47,443 bases of DNA from an uncultured Bacillota bacterium. GTDB lineage: Bacteria > Bacillota_I > Bacilli_A > RF39 > UBA660. Made by a program: the position numbers and the translations under genes. The notes under the pieces are model-generated. The model was given only the letters and a program-made list of their open reading frames with translations. It searched no databases and was not told the DNA's origin. The stretch is from the NCBI GenBank assembly GCA_947165005.1, contig CAMUYN010000005.1, positions 1 to 47,443 on the forward strand, given 5' to 3'. The stretch's first letter is position 1, and each line of letters begins with the position of its first letter. Positions 39,333-47,443 of this stretch are shown here, one piece after another.

Positions 39333-41369
39333 CTATTGATCTCCTTCTGCTCTTTCTAATTTGTTTTTCTCATTTTTTATTAAATCGTATAGAATAATAT
39401 CATTAGATATTTGTAACTTTTTAGATGTTATTTCATTATTCTTTGTAATAGTATCACTATCAATAATAGCATTCATATTTATAACTTTATATTCATCTTT
39501 TTGACTATTATAATAAATATCATTTGTTAACCAATTACCATTAGGGAATGAGACTACATTATTGTCTAAGTCCATGATATCATTACCTAAAGCATATTTT
39601 GGTGTTAAACCAAACATATTACTTAATGTAGGCATAACATCTACCATTCCCATAGCAGTTGTAACAGTTTTATTAAATGTTTTATCTTTAGTCCATATTA
39701 TTAACGGAACTGATCTATTTAATTCATATTGATAATAATCAACAAGTACATAATTTTCATCTTCTTTATCTAAAATTCCGTCAGTTTCTTTATCATAATT
39801 GTATAATCTTGTATAATCTCCCTTAGGTAATTTAGCATCATGATCTCCATATATTACAACAACTGTATTATCAAGTAATCCAGCTTCATCAAGTTCATCA
39901 AATAATTCTCCAATTGCAGAATCTGCATAATGAGCTGATTTGAAATAATTACCTAACTTTGTTCCTTCCATATAAGGATAAGATACTATCTTCTTTTCAC
40001 CATTTTCTTCTACTTCTTCTTTTATGTCAGTATCAAATTCACCATATTTATCTAGATCATCAAAAGGTGTATGATTACTTAGCATAATTAAAGTAGCCAT
40101 AAATTTTCCATTATCTTCATATTCTTTTTTTAAAATAGGTACTGTTTGCTTAAAGAATTCTTTATCAGATAAACCAAGACCTATACTATTTTCTTCTGTA
40201 ACTGAATAAGAAGATTTACTATAGAAAGTATTGTATCCTAAACTCTTATGTAAATTATTTCTATTCCAGAAATCACCATTATTAGCATGGAATGATAAAG
40301 TATTATAACCTTTTTCTTTTAACATTTTTTGAAGTGTTTCATATTCTCTGTTCCAATAACTTACAGCTACTGATCCATTAGTAACTGGTAAAAGTGATGA
40401 AGCAAATGTAAACTCAGAATCAGAACTTGTTCCTGAAGATGCTTGTGAATAGAAATTACTAAAATATATTCCTTCATCTTTTATTCTATTTAAATTTGGA
40501 GTTACATCTTCACCATTAAACTTTTGATAAATTGCAGCATTTTGAATACTTTCAGCATGAATAACTAATATATTTTTTCCTTCAAAAATGTTAGTATATT
40601 CGTTTTCATTTATTTGAATAGTATTTTCATTATAATAATCCCTAAAATCCTTAGCAGCATTGTCATAACCAAATAATGTATTGAATTTGGCATCTAAACT
40701 CTTAAATAAATCATTAAATTGATATGTATATATACCAAATTTAGTAACTAAAAATTCCCTATTCCATTGTTTACTTAATCTAGAAAACTCAACAGATGTA
40801 ACAGTCATAAAGAATAATGCATATATAATAACTCCACAGATTAGAGTTCCTGTAAATCTCTTTTTTCTATTTTCTTTTGGCCCAGCAAATTCAATATATT
40901 TTTTTCTTTTTAAATGATAATGATAAATTACCATAAAGAATAATTGCCATAAGAAAATAAAATCTTTAATTTGTAATACATTTTTTACAACTGCATCACC
41001 AACATCTACAACAGTTAAAGATACAGCGATTAATGAAAACGAAGCAAATGACATATAATAAGTATAATATAATGAATTAACAATACATATTATATTAAAT
41101 ATTATTGATACTATCATTAAATATGTAAATTGTTTCTTCGCCTTAAATAAATAAACAAAAGATCCCAATATTAAAACAATAGCTAAATCTGCAAGAAATG
41201 GTTTAATAGCAAAATAATTATGAACAGTAAAAAATCTAAGTAAACAAGCATTAACAACATTACTTATTACAAATGCTATGAACTGCCTATTAGTACTAAT
41301 ATATTCCTTATAATTAAAATTTTTTATATCGTTTTTAATTTTTATTAACTTATTCTTTATCTTCTTCAT
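39333..41369 (-). CDS. ltaS: Lipoteichoic acid synthase family protein
   Basis: 5 TMs; GKNILVIHAESIQ, VTPNLN, GTSSDSEF, FHAN...FWNR, LSNHTPF, YGDH. Start taken at MKKIK after gaggt. Confidence 0.88.
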   Translation of the reverse strand: MKKIKNKLIKIKNDIKNFNYKEYISTNRQFIAFVISNVVNACLLRFFTVHNYFAIKPFLADLAIVLILGSFVYLFKAKKQFTYLMIVSIIFNIICIVNSLYYTYYMSFASFSLIAVSLTVVDVGDAVVKNVLQIKDFIFLWQLFFMVIYHYHLKRKKYIEFAGPKENRKKRFTGTLICGVIIYALFFMTVTSVEFSRLSKQWNREFLVTKFGIYTYQFNDLFKSLDAKFNTLFGYDNAAKDFRDYYNENTIQINENEYTNIFEGKNILVIHAESIQNAAIYQKFNGEDVTPNLNRIKDEGIYFSNFYSQASSGTSSDSEFTFASSLLPVTNGSVAVSYWNREYETLQKMLKEKGYNTLSFHANNGDFWNRNNLHKSLGYNTFYSKSSYSVTEENSIGLGLSDKEFFKQTVPILKKEYEDNGKFMATLIMLSNHTPFDDLDKYGEFDTDIKEEVEENGEKKIVSYPYMEGTKLGNYFKSAHYADSAIGELFDELDEAGLLDNTVVVIYGDHDAKLPKGDYTRLYNYDKETDGILDKEDENYVLVDYYQYELNRSVPLIIWTKDKTFNKTVTTAMGMVDVMPTLSNMFGLTPKYALGNDIMDLDNNVVSFPNGNWLTNDIYYNSQKDEYKVINMNAIIDSDTITKNNEITSKKLQISNDIILYDLIKNEKNKLERAEGDQ

Positions 41370-41436
41370 TTTTTTACCTCTCAAAGAAAATTATACCATT
41401 TTTTTATACATTTTTAAAGAGTAAAACAATACTGTT

Positions 41437-42261
41437 TTACTCGCCATTTATCCTTTTATCCTCAATAGAATTAATAATCATACCAATAACAAAAACCTCT
41501 GAAATAATGAAAATCCATAACATTAAAACTAGTATATTGGATGCGCTTCCATAATAATCATTATATGAAGCATAATTAGTCACATAAAATGAATATATGA
41601 ATGTAATAACAATCCATAATACTGTTGTAAACAAAGACCCTTTATTTACACTTTTACTACTAATTCTTTTATTAGGTGTTAATGTGTAAATCATTTTTAT
41701 AAACAAGAATATTATAAAGAATGATATTGGCCATCTAAGTAAATTAATGAATGATATGATTTTACTTCCAATGAATCCAACTTGAGGGATAGTACTAACT
41801 ATTCCCAATATCTTATTACCAAATACTAATATAAATATAATAAAAACTAATAATACAATTAATAACAAAGTTATTATTAAAGATTTTATTATTTCTCTTA
41901 TCGGATTCTTTTTAACTCCATATATATTATTAGCAGCAGCAATTATTGCTTTAGTTCCACGTGATGCTAAATATATGGCAGATATAGCTAATAATATAAC
42001 ACTAAAATCAATTGTTTTACCTGTAAACAATGGTAATATTAACTTACTTGTACTAGCAGGTAAGCTTAAACTGATAAATTTTAATATTTCATCATAAGAT
42101 AATGAAAAAGCGGATGCTACCATTCCAAATATCAAAATAATAGGAATAGATGAAAGCAGTAAAAAGAAAGACAGATGTCCTGGTAAAACGGACATTACTG
42201 GCTTTCCTAAAACTTCAATTATTTCATTTATTAAAAGCTTTATTTGCTTCATATAACACAC
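41437..42261 (-). CDS. YihY/BrkB family membrane protein
   Basis: LSFFLLLSSIP, ASRG, RWP, Y.L.PN, FSFYV-like, YYGS...LMLW. Start may be 42252. Confidence 0.88.
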   Translation of the reverse strand: MCYMKQIKLLINEIIEVLGKPVMSVLPGHLSFFLLLSSIPIILIFGMVASAFSLSYDEILKFISLSLPASTSKLILPLFTGKTIDFSVILLAISAIYLASRGTKAIIAAANNIYGVKKNPIREIIKSLIITLLLIVLLVFIIFILVFGNKILGIVSTIPQVGFIGSKIISFINLLRWPISFFIIFLFIKMIYTLTPNKRISSKSVNKGSLFTTVLWIVITFIYSFYVTNYASYNDYYGSASNILVLMLWIFIISEVFVIGMIINSIEDKRINGE

Positions 42262-42264
42262 CCA

Positions 42265-44325
42265 CTATTTATCTTCTGTATTTAATTCTTTATTTGTTTT
42301 TACCTCTAAAACTGCTTCATTAATTGCATCATCAATTGTTTTAACATCATCTGTTATCATGCTATAACCAAGTGTTGCTCCAAAATTATATGGAATATTT
42401 TTAAATTCTTTATTAAGCTTTCTCATATAAGCTATAACCTTATTTTCTTCATAACCTATAAGATAAATTAAGAATTCATCACCATTTGTTCTAACAATAT
42501 CACTTTGTTCTAATTGATTATTCATTAAGATGTTAGCAGCTTTTTTAAGAACCATATCCCCTTCTGCATGTCCATAAACATCATTAATATGTCCTACTTT
42601 ATTAACATTAACAATTATAATTGCTTGTGGATATATATTATTATTTTGCCACTTATCATAGTTTTTATTTAAATAATGTCTATTCTTTAATGATGTTAAG
42701 CTATCAACATATTTTAATCTATCATTTTTACTTATTTTATTATTCTTATATTTTATTTTTATGTATATTAAACTAATTCCAAGTAATACAAATAAACCTA
42801 CTAATATATATACAAATGTTAAATCTATTTTCTTACTATCTTTTGATAACTTTACTTTAGCACGTGCCATATATAAATCTGGTTCAATATTAGATATATA
42901 GAATTTAAATAAACCTACAAATCCTTTATTATTACTCTTATTTAAAACAATAAAATTATAATTTAAATCATCAAGTTCATCTTCGTAAACTACTTTAAAA
43001 TTATCTAGTTCAGTATTTCTATAATGATCATATACATTATAATCTAGAACTACTATGCTATTTTCATTTAATGAATTAAATAATGAACCTGGTTTCTTAT
43101 ATTCATTTACTTTTGCATTATATTCTTTAGAAATATAGTCAGATAACTTATTATCTATCATTGACACTTCTTTGTTTTTAAGACTCTTTAATGATGGGAC
43201 TATTGTCTTAGTATTATTAATATGTGTCAAAACTATTACTTTTTCCTTATATGGAGAAACAGTCTCATCAAAATTATTTGCTAAATTCTCAAAATTATAA
43301 TAATTAAATGCTAAATCAATTTTTTCATTATTTAAATTTGTAGTAAGATCTCTTATAGAATTATACTCTTTTATTTTAAAAGTAATATTCATACTCTTTG
43401 CAAAACCATCTAATATTTCACTATTATATCCGATGAATTCATCATTTATTTTCGATTCATAAGGAAGGTTCTTAACATAACCATAAGTATATTCTTTTCC
43501 TTCAAAATTTGCAATTGTTACATCATCTATCTCCTTAGATTCAAAATATAAAGTTAGTAATCTCTTATTATATGATTTTTCTAATTCATTCTTACTCCAT
43601 CTAGTATAATATTTTTTTAATATGCTATTTAATGTTTTATCAGAACCATTAACATTTAATACACATTCATTAGTTAATTCTGATATATTATGTACTATAT
43701 AAAAATTATTTGAAAATATTTCATTTATGTAAATTGTCTTTGGAATAACAGCATAAACTATATCATTATTTTGAAGTGCTTGGATTATAGCATCTATATT
43801 ATTATATGAATTATATATTATGCTGTCATTATCTTCAAATGACGAACGAATACTATCAATATCAGTTTCTAAAGCACCTATAGTTACATTCCTTAAATCT
43901 GTTATTCTTTTTACTCGTTTATTATCTTTACTAATAAGTGCATATTCATCACTATAGAATAAAAGATCTGTAGATTTAAGATTTGAATTACTCTTCATTT
44001 CAAAAGAATAATTACTGCTAGGAGTGGCACCTAATTTGTAAGGTACCATATTGAATTTTATACCTGTTTCTTTTGAAAAATCATTAAGGTAATCAAAAAA
44101 TACGCCTTCTCCTTCTTCACCAAATATAGGAATATTATTTAGAACAGACACATCCACAGACATATTCTTATTCTTTTCAATCCATTTTTTCTCAAGTAAA
44201 GAGAATACTCCTTTTTCGTTATTACTCTTATTAACGAAAATAGCAACGACTATAATAATGGCTAATAAAACTATTGGTAAAGTAATAAATAATATTTTCT
44301 TTTTATCAACATGTTTTCTTTTCAT
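42265..44325 (-). CDS. Membrane sensor with two solute-binding-protein-like domains and degenerate GGDEF domain
   Basis: TM; LEKKWI; PYE...GY..EIL SBP family-3 motifs; TM; DSLTSLKNR, INDVYGHAEGD, RTNGDEF. Confidence 0.85.
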   Translation of the reverse strand: MKRKHVDKKKILFITLPIVLLAIIIVVAIFVNKSNNEKGVFSLLEKKWIEKNKNMSVDVSVLNNIPIFGEEGEGVFFDYLNDFSKETGIKFNMVPYKLGATPSSNYSFEMKSNSNLKSTDLLFYSDEYALISKDNKRVKRITDLRNVTIGALETDIDSIRSSFEDNDSIIYNSYNNIDAIIQALQNNDIVYAVIPKTIYINEIFSNNFYIVHNISELTNECVLNVNGSDKTLNSILKKYYTRWSKNELEKSYNKRLLTLYFESKEIDDVTIANFEGKEYTYGYVKNLPYESKINDEFIGYNSEILDGFAKSMNITFKIKEYNSIRDLTTNLNNEKIDLAFNYYNFENLANNFDETVSPYKEKVIVLTHINNTKTIVPSLKSLKNKEVSMIDNKLSDYISKEYNAKVNEYKKPGSLFNSLNENSIVVLDYNVYDHYRNTELDNFKVVYEDELDDLNYNFIVLNKSNNKGFVGLFKFYISNIEPDLYMARAKVKLSKDSKKIDLTFVYILVGLFVLLGISLIYIKIKYKNNKISKNDRLKYVDSLTSLKNRHYLNKNYDKWQNNNIYPQAIIIVNVNKVGHINDVYGHAEGDMVLKKAANILMNNQLEQSDIVRTNGDEFLIYLIGYEENKVIAYMRKLNKEFKNIPYNFGATLGYSMITDDVKTIDDAINEAVLEVKTNKELNTEDK

Positions 44326-44337
44326 ATACTTCTCCTA

Positions 44338-44838
44338 TTACCAAACTATTCCATCTTTTTTCTTATTCTTATATCCCATTATAGGAAATTCATAAATAGT
44401 AACTTCCTTTGTAGTTTCATCATCTACTTGTTTAGTCTCTTTTCTTCCTTCTTCATCCTTTTTCTTTATCATATATTGTAAATCATAATAGCCTTTTACT
44501 TTATCAGAAAAAGCACCCAATGATTCATTAGCAATATTTTTTGAATCATCTATTGAAGTATCTTTTTTAACTGTAAAAATAACGTTTATTATTTTTCCAT
44601 GAACATTTATTTCACAAGATAATACTTGTTCTTTATCTTTAATACTCTTAATAACTTTATTCTTTTCTTTGCTAGTAAATTTATTATCTTGAATACCATC
44701 TAATCTATCACCATATTTACTAATACCTGAAGATGGCAAGATTAATTTTATAATTAATCCAAAGAACGCAATTATTATTATAATAGCGAATATATAACCT
44801 ATTTTAAGTTTTCTTTTTGGTTTTTTATTTTTTTCCAT
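44338..44838 (-). CDS. Hypothetical single-pass membrane protein
   Basis: One TM, KYGDRLDGI, YYDLQY, FPIMGYK..W. Confidence 0.75.
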   Translation of the reverse strand: MEKNKKPKRKLKIGYIFAIIIIIAFFGLIIKLILPSSGISKYGDRLDGIQDNKFTSKEKNKVIKSIKDKEQVLSCEINVHGKIINVIFTVKKDTSIDDSKNIANESLGAFSDKVKGYYDLQYMIKKKDEEGRKETKQVDDETTKEVTIYEFPIMGYKNKKKDGIVW

Positions 44839-44921
44839 TTTCTAACACCTCTAACTATTTAATTATACTATACGTGATATAAAAAAACAATAATCAATAA
44901 GAATTGATTATTGATTATTAT

Positions 44922-45881
44922 CTATGCTGCTATCGAATTAACTAAAGTTTTAGATAGTTCTTCTTTTACAAATATTCTTTGTTTTCCATCTGATTTTACA
45001 ATCAAATCTTTTGGATAAAGATCTGTTACTTTAGTTATTTTATTGTTTTGTGTGGTATTTTCTGCAGCTGCCAAATTATCTACAGTATTATTTTCTGTTT
45101 CTCCTAAAACCGGATTAACTGGTTGTGGTTGAACCGGTGTTTCTATAGAAACCTTAGAAGCTTCATTTTCTGCTGTTGTCAAATTATCCACAGTATTATT
45201 TATCATTCCTTCTGAAACTGTATTAACTGGTTGTACTTGAACAGATGCTACTGGTTCAGATACAGTTTGTTCTGCAAGAAGATCTTCTATTGATGTTATA
45301 TTACCTGCTGTTGGGATAACTGGTGCTTTCACTGGAGCAACCGGTGTTTCTACAGAAACCTTAGAAGCTTCATCTTCAAATATAGGTTGATTAACAGGAA
45401 TTTCTGGTTGAATTTCTTTTACTGTTTCAGGTTCTAATTCATCAACACGTATTGGATTAAAGCCTGCTGTTTCTTCTAACTTTTCCTCAGCAGAAACATC
45501 AATTACTGGTGCTTCTTCTACTATAGTTTCTTCTTTTTTTGGTTCTTCTGATGGATCAGGAACTAATTCCGCAGAATTAAATACTTCTGTTGTTTGTTCA
45601 TCTATTGGATTAACAACAGTATTTTCTGCTCCAATAAAATCTACTTTTTCTTCCTCTGCAGGTTTAACTTCATTTTGAATTGATTCTTGGATATCATCAG
45701 TAATTACTGGTGCTTCTACTACTGGAGTAATATTTTTATTATCTTCTTTTGCTAGTATTTGACCAACTATATCTTTTATTTCTCTTAGTAATTCATTTGT
45801 TTCATTAGAAGAAGATTCATTAGTGCTTACAACACCAACTGCCGAAAAGTTTTCATTAGTATTATTAATATTCTCTGGCAT
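44922..45881 (-). CDS. Acidic, probably disordered hypothetical protein with internal repeats
   Basis: E/P/V/T-rich; RBS ggagg; EASKVS(V/I)ETPV and NNTVDNL..AEN each occur twice. Confidence 0.75.
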   Translation of the reverse strand: MPENINNTNENFSAVGVVSTNESSSNETNELLREIKDIVGQILAKEDNKNITPVVEAPVITDDIQESIQNEVKPAEEEKVDFIGAENTVVNPIDEQTTEVFNSAELVPDPSEEPKKEETIVEEAPVIDVSAEEKLEETAGFNPIRVDELEPETVKEIQPEIPVNQPIFEDEASKVSVETPVAPVKAPVIPTAGNITSIEDLLAEQTVSEPVASVQVQPVNTVSEGMINNTVDNLTTAENEASKVSIETPVQPQPVNPVLGETENNTVDNLAAAENTTQNNKITKVTDLYPKDLIVKSDGKQRIFVKEELSKTLVNSIAA

Positions 45882-45882
45882 A

Positions 45883-46143
45883 TTACATTCCTCCTTCCAT
45901 TAATTCTGAAACATAGCCTTTAACTATATCCCATTCATTATCATCTGATATAGTATCAAAATAATATTCACCATTTTCTATTCTTACTCTTGATACATAA
46001 TTTTTTATTTTATTGTTTTCATCTTTTTGATTAAAAGTATAAACAGCATAATCTTGATTCGTTTCATTTACTTTAAATATATCAATTAGATCTGCTACTA
46101 CTTTTTGTCCTTTTGAATTAACAATAGTTACTTTCTTTTCCAT
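45883..46143 (-). CDS. DUF1292-like small protein
   Basis: TIVNSKGQKV...F...ETNQDYAVYT...I.DDNEWDIV pattern. Confidence 0.75.
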   Translation of the reverse strand: MEKKVTIVNSKGQKVVADLIDIFKVNETNQDYAVYTFNQKDENNKIKNYVSRVRIENGEYYFDTISDDNEWDIVKGYVSELMEGGM

Positions 46144-46170
46144 AAGAGATACCTCCTTATTCTAAACAAA

Positions 46171-46199
46171 ATTATATCATTTATTTGATTTTTATACAA
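46171..46199 (-). promoter_or_regulatory. Sigma-A promoter
   Basis: TTGTAT-17 nt-TATAAT with extended -10 TG. Confidence 0.65.
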
Positions 46200-46212
46200 T
46201 ATTTTTAATAAA

Positions 46213-46238
46213 AAAAAGTGGATTTATATCCACTTTTT
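46213..46238 (-). terminator. Intrinsic terminator
   Basis: aaaaagtggat-ttat-atccacttttt just after stop at 46245. Confidence 0.8.
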
Positions 46239-46244
46239 ATAATT

Positions 46245-47443
46245 TTATTTTAATACATATGCACCATTATATATTTTATTAAATTTATTCTTTTCTACTA
46301 TAATTATTATTGCTTGTCTCTTTTTGTTATAATTTATTTCATTTATCTTAACATTTTTAATTCTTTTTATTGTATTACCTTTTCTTCCGATAACTATTAT
46401 ATCTTTGTTATTAGATAATATTATTTCATTTTTATTTACTTTATTGTTTTTAATCTTATAATCTTTTAAATCATACGTATATGTTTTATTCTTAGCCTTA
46501 TTATAAAAATATAATTTATTATTTTTTTCTAACGCAATTGTATCTTTCATACTAGATAAAAAAGTTTTTGATTCGTATTTTTCTTTCAAATCACTAGATA
46601 TTATATATTTATAATCACTTTTTTCATATTTATAATATATTTTGCCATTAATTATAAAACTTTCTCCATTATATAATCCATTATCAAATACATTTATATT
46701 ACTATCTACTGTTCCTACTTTAACTTTGCTATTAGAGAGAATTATCTGTTTATCAGAACTAGCAATCCTTCTATCATCATTATCTAGCAGATAATAATAA
46801 TCATTATTTTTTAAAGTTTTATAATTATTTTCAAATATTACTATATCATCAAAATTATTGTTATATATTAACTTAAAACTATCTAGATTATAAACATAAT
46901 TTTTTCCATTGCAATTGATATTTATATTACTATTATCAATATATTTATATGTAAAATTCTTTGTTTTTATTATTCTATGAAATTTATTAGTATCTGTCTC
47001 CAAAATTCCTAAATAATAATCTCTAATAGTCAATATCATGTTTTTTCTAACAGCATTTTTATAATCAATATTATATATATTTTTATTAACGCTAAAAGTA
47101 ATTTCTTTTCTAAGTCCATTTGTAGAAATTATATAAATCTTATTATTAGAAACTATATATATATCATCTTTATATTCAAAATACTTATCAAATTCATCCC
47201 CAATTATATTATTCATTATAGGGAAAAAACTATAATACTTATTGTCTTTTCGAACAATAAAATAATCTAATTCATTATCATTGATTTTTTCTCTAACTAT
47301 TTTATAATCATATAATAATACTTTACCTTTTTCATTTATAAAATAGTTATCCAAAGAAATATATTTATCTTTATAATATAAATTAATATTTTTAATGTCT
47401 TTAAATAATACTTTCCCTTTATAATCTATAATATTGTTATCAG
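46245..47443 (-). CDS. Hypothetical N/K/Y/I-rich beta-repeat protein, 5' end outside window
   Basis: Frame stays open upstream of the track's TTG at 47354 to the window edge (DNNIIDYKGKVLFKD...); repeated I..KGKVL units. Confidence 0.65.
   Translation of the reverse strand, partial: DNNIIDYKGKVLFKDIKNINLYYKDKYISLDNYFINEKGKVLLYDYKIVREKINDNELDYFIVRKDNKYYSFFPIMNNIIGDEFDKYFEYKDDIYIVSNNKIYIISTNGLRKEITFSVNKNIYNIDYKNAVRKNMILTIRDYYLGILETDTNKFHRIIKTKNFTYKYIDNSNININCNGKNYVYNLDSFKLIYNNNFDDIVIFENNYKTLKNNDYYYLLDNDDRRIASSDKQIILSNSKVKVGTVDSNINVFDNGLYNGESFIINGKIYYKYEKSDYKYIISSDLKEKYESKTFLSSMKDTIALEKNNKLYFYNKAKNKTYTYDLKDYKIKNNKVNKNEIILSNNKDIIVIGRKGNTIKRIKNVKINEINYNKKRQAIIIIVEKNKFNKIYNGAYVLK

Noticed and set aside
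1-47443. Reverse transcriptase, integrase, transposase, CRISPR array, tRNA or rRNA
   Set aside because: No ORF shows RT (YxDD in context, G..QG) or recombinase motifs; no regularly spaced repeats or RNA-gene-like stretches seen; intergenic gaps are short.
1-47443. Near-total minus-strand gene orientation
   Set aside because: Ordinary leading-strand bias of low-GC Bacillota around ribosomal operons.

Overview
AT-rich chromosomal window from a low-GC Bacillota genome. Bacilli-type gene order, LtaS, an LCP protein and loss of rpmD suggest a reduced uncultured Bacilli lineage such as RF39 (inference). All but one supported gene lie on the minus strand. The core is the S10-spc-alpha ribosomal superoperon (11178-25201). 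On its right are a glycosyltransferase/surface-polysaccharide cluster, a dockerin-bearing autolysin with a neighbouring membrane anchor, an LCP protein, LtaS, YihY and a degenerate GGDEF sensor. On its left are truA, two degenerate ECF-type ATPases, orphan surface proteins, a YdcC-like lipoprotein, ctpA and a DUF402 gene. The most striking signal is at 3328-4955. A secreted TasA/SipW-signal-like protein ends in a C-type-lectin-like WWL...GVRP module whose coding sequence is a ~65% GC island of NNC/NNT codons. It is followed by a hairpin-rich spacer and a second, start-less copy of the module carrying a different variable region. Both copies look like variable repeats of a diversity-generating retroelement (DGR), but no template repeat or reverse transcriptase is in the window, so they would be remote targets. 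All family calls come from motif recognition by eye, not database searches.
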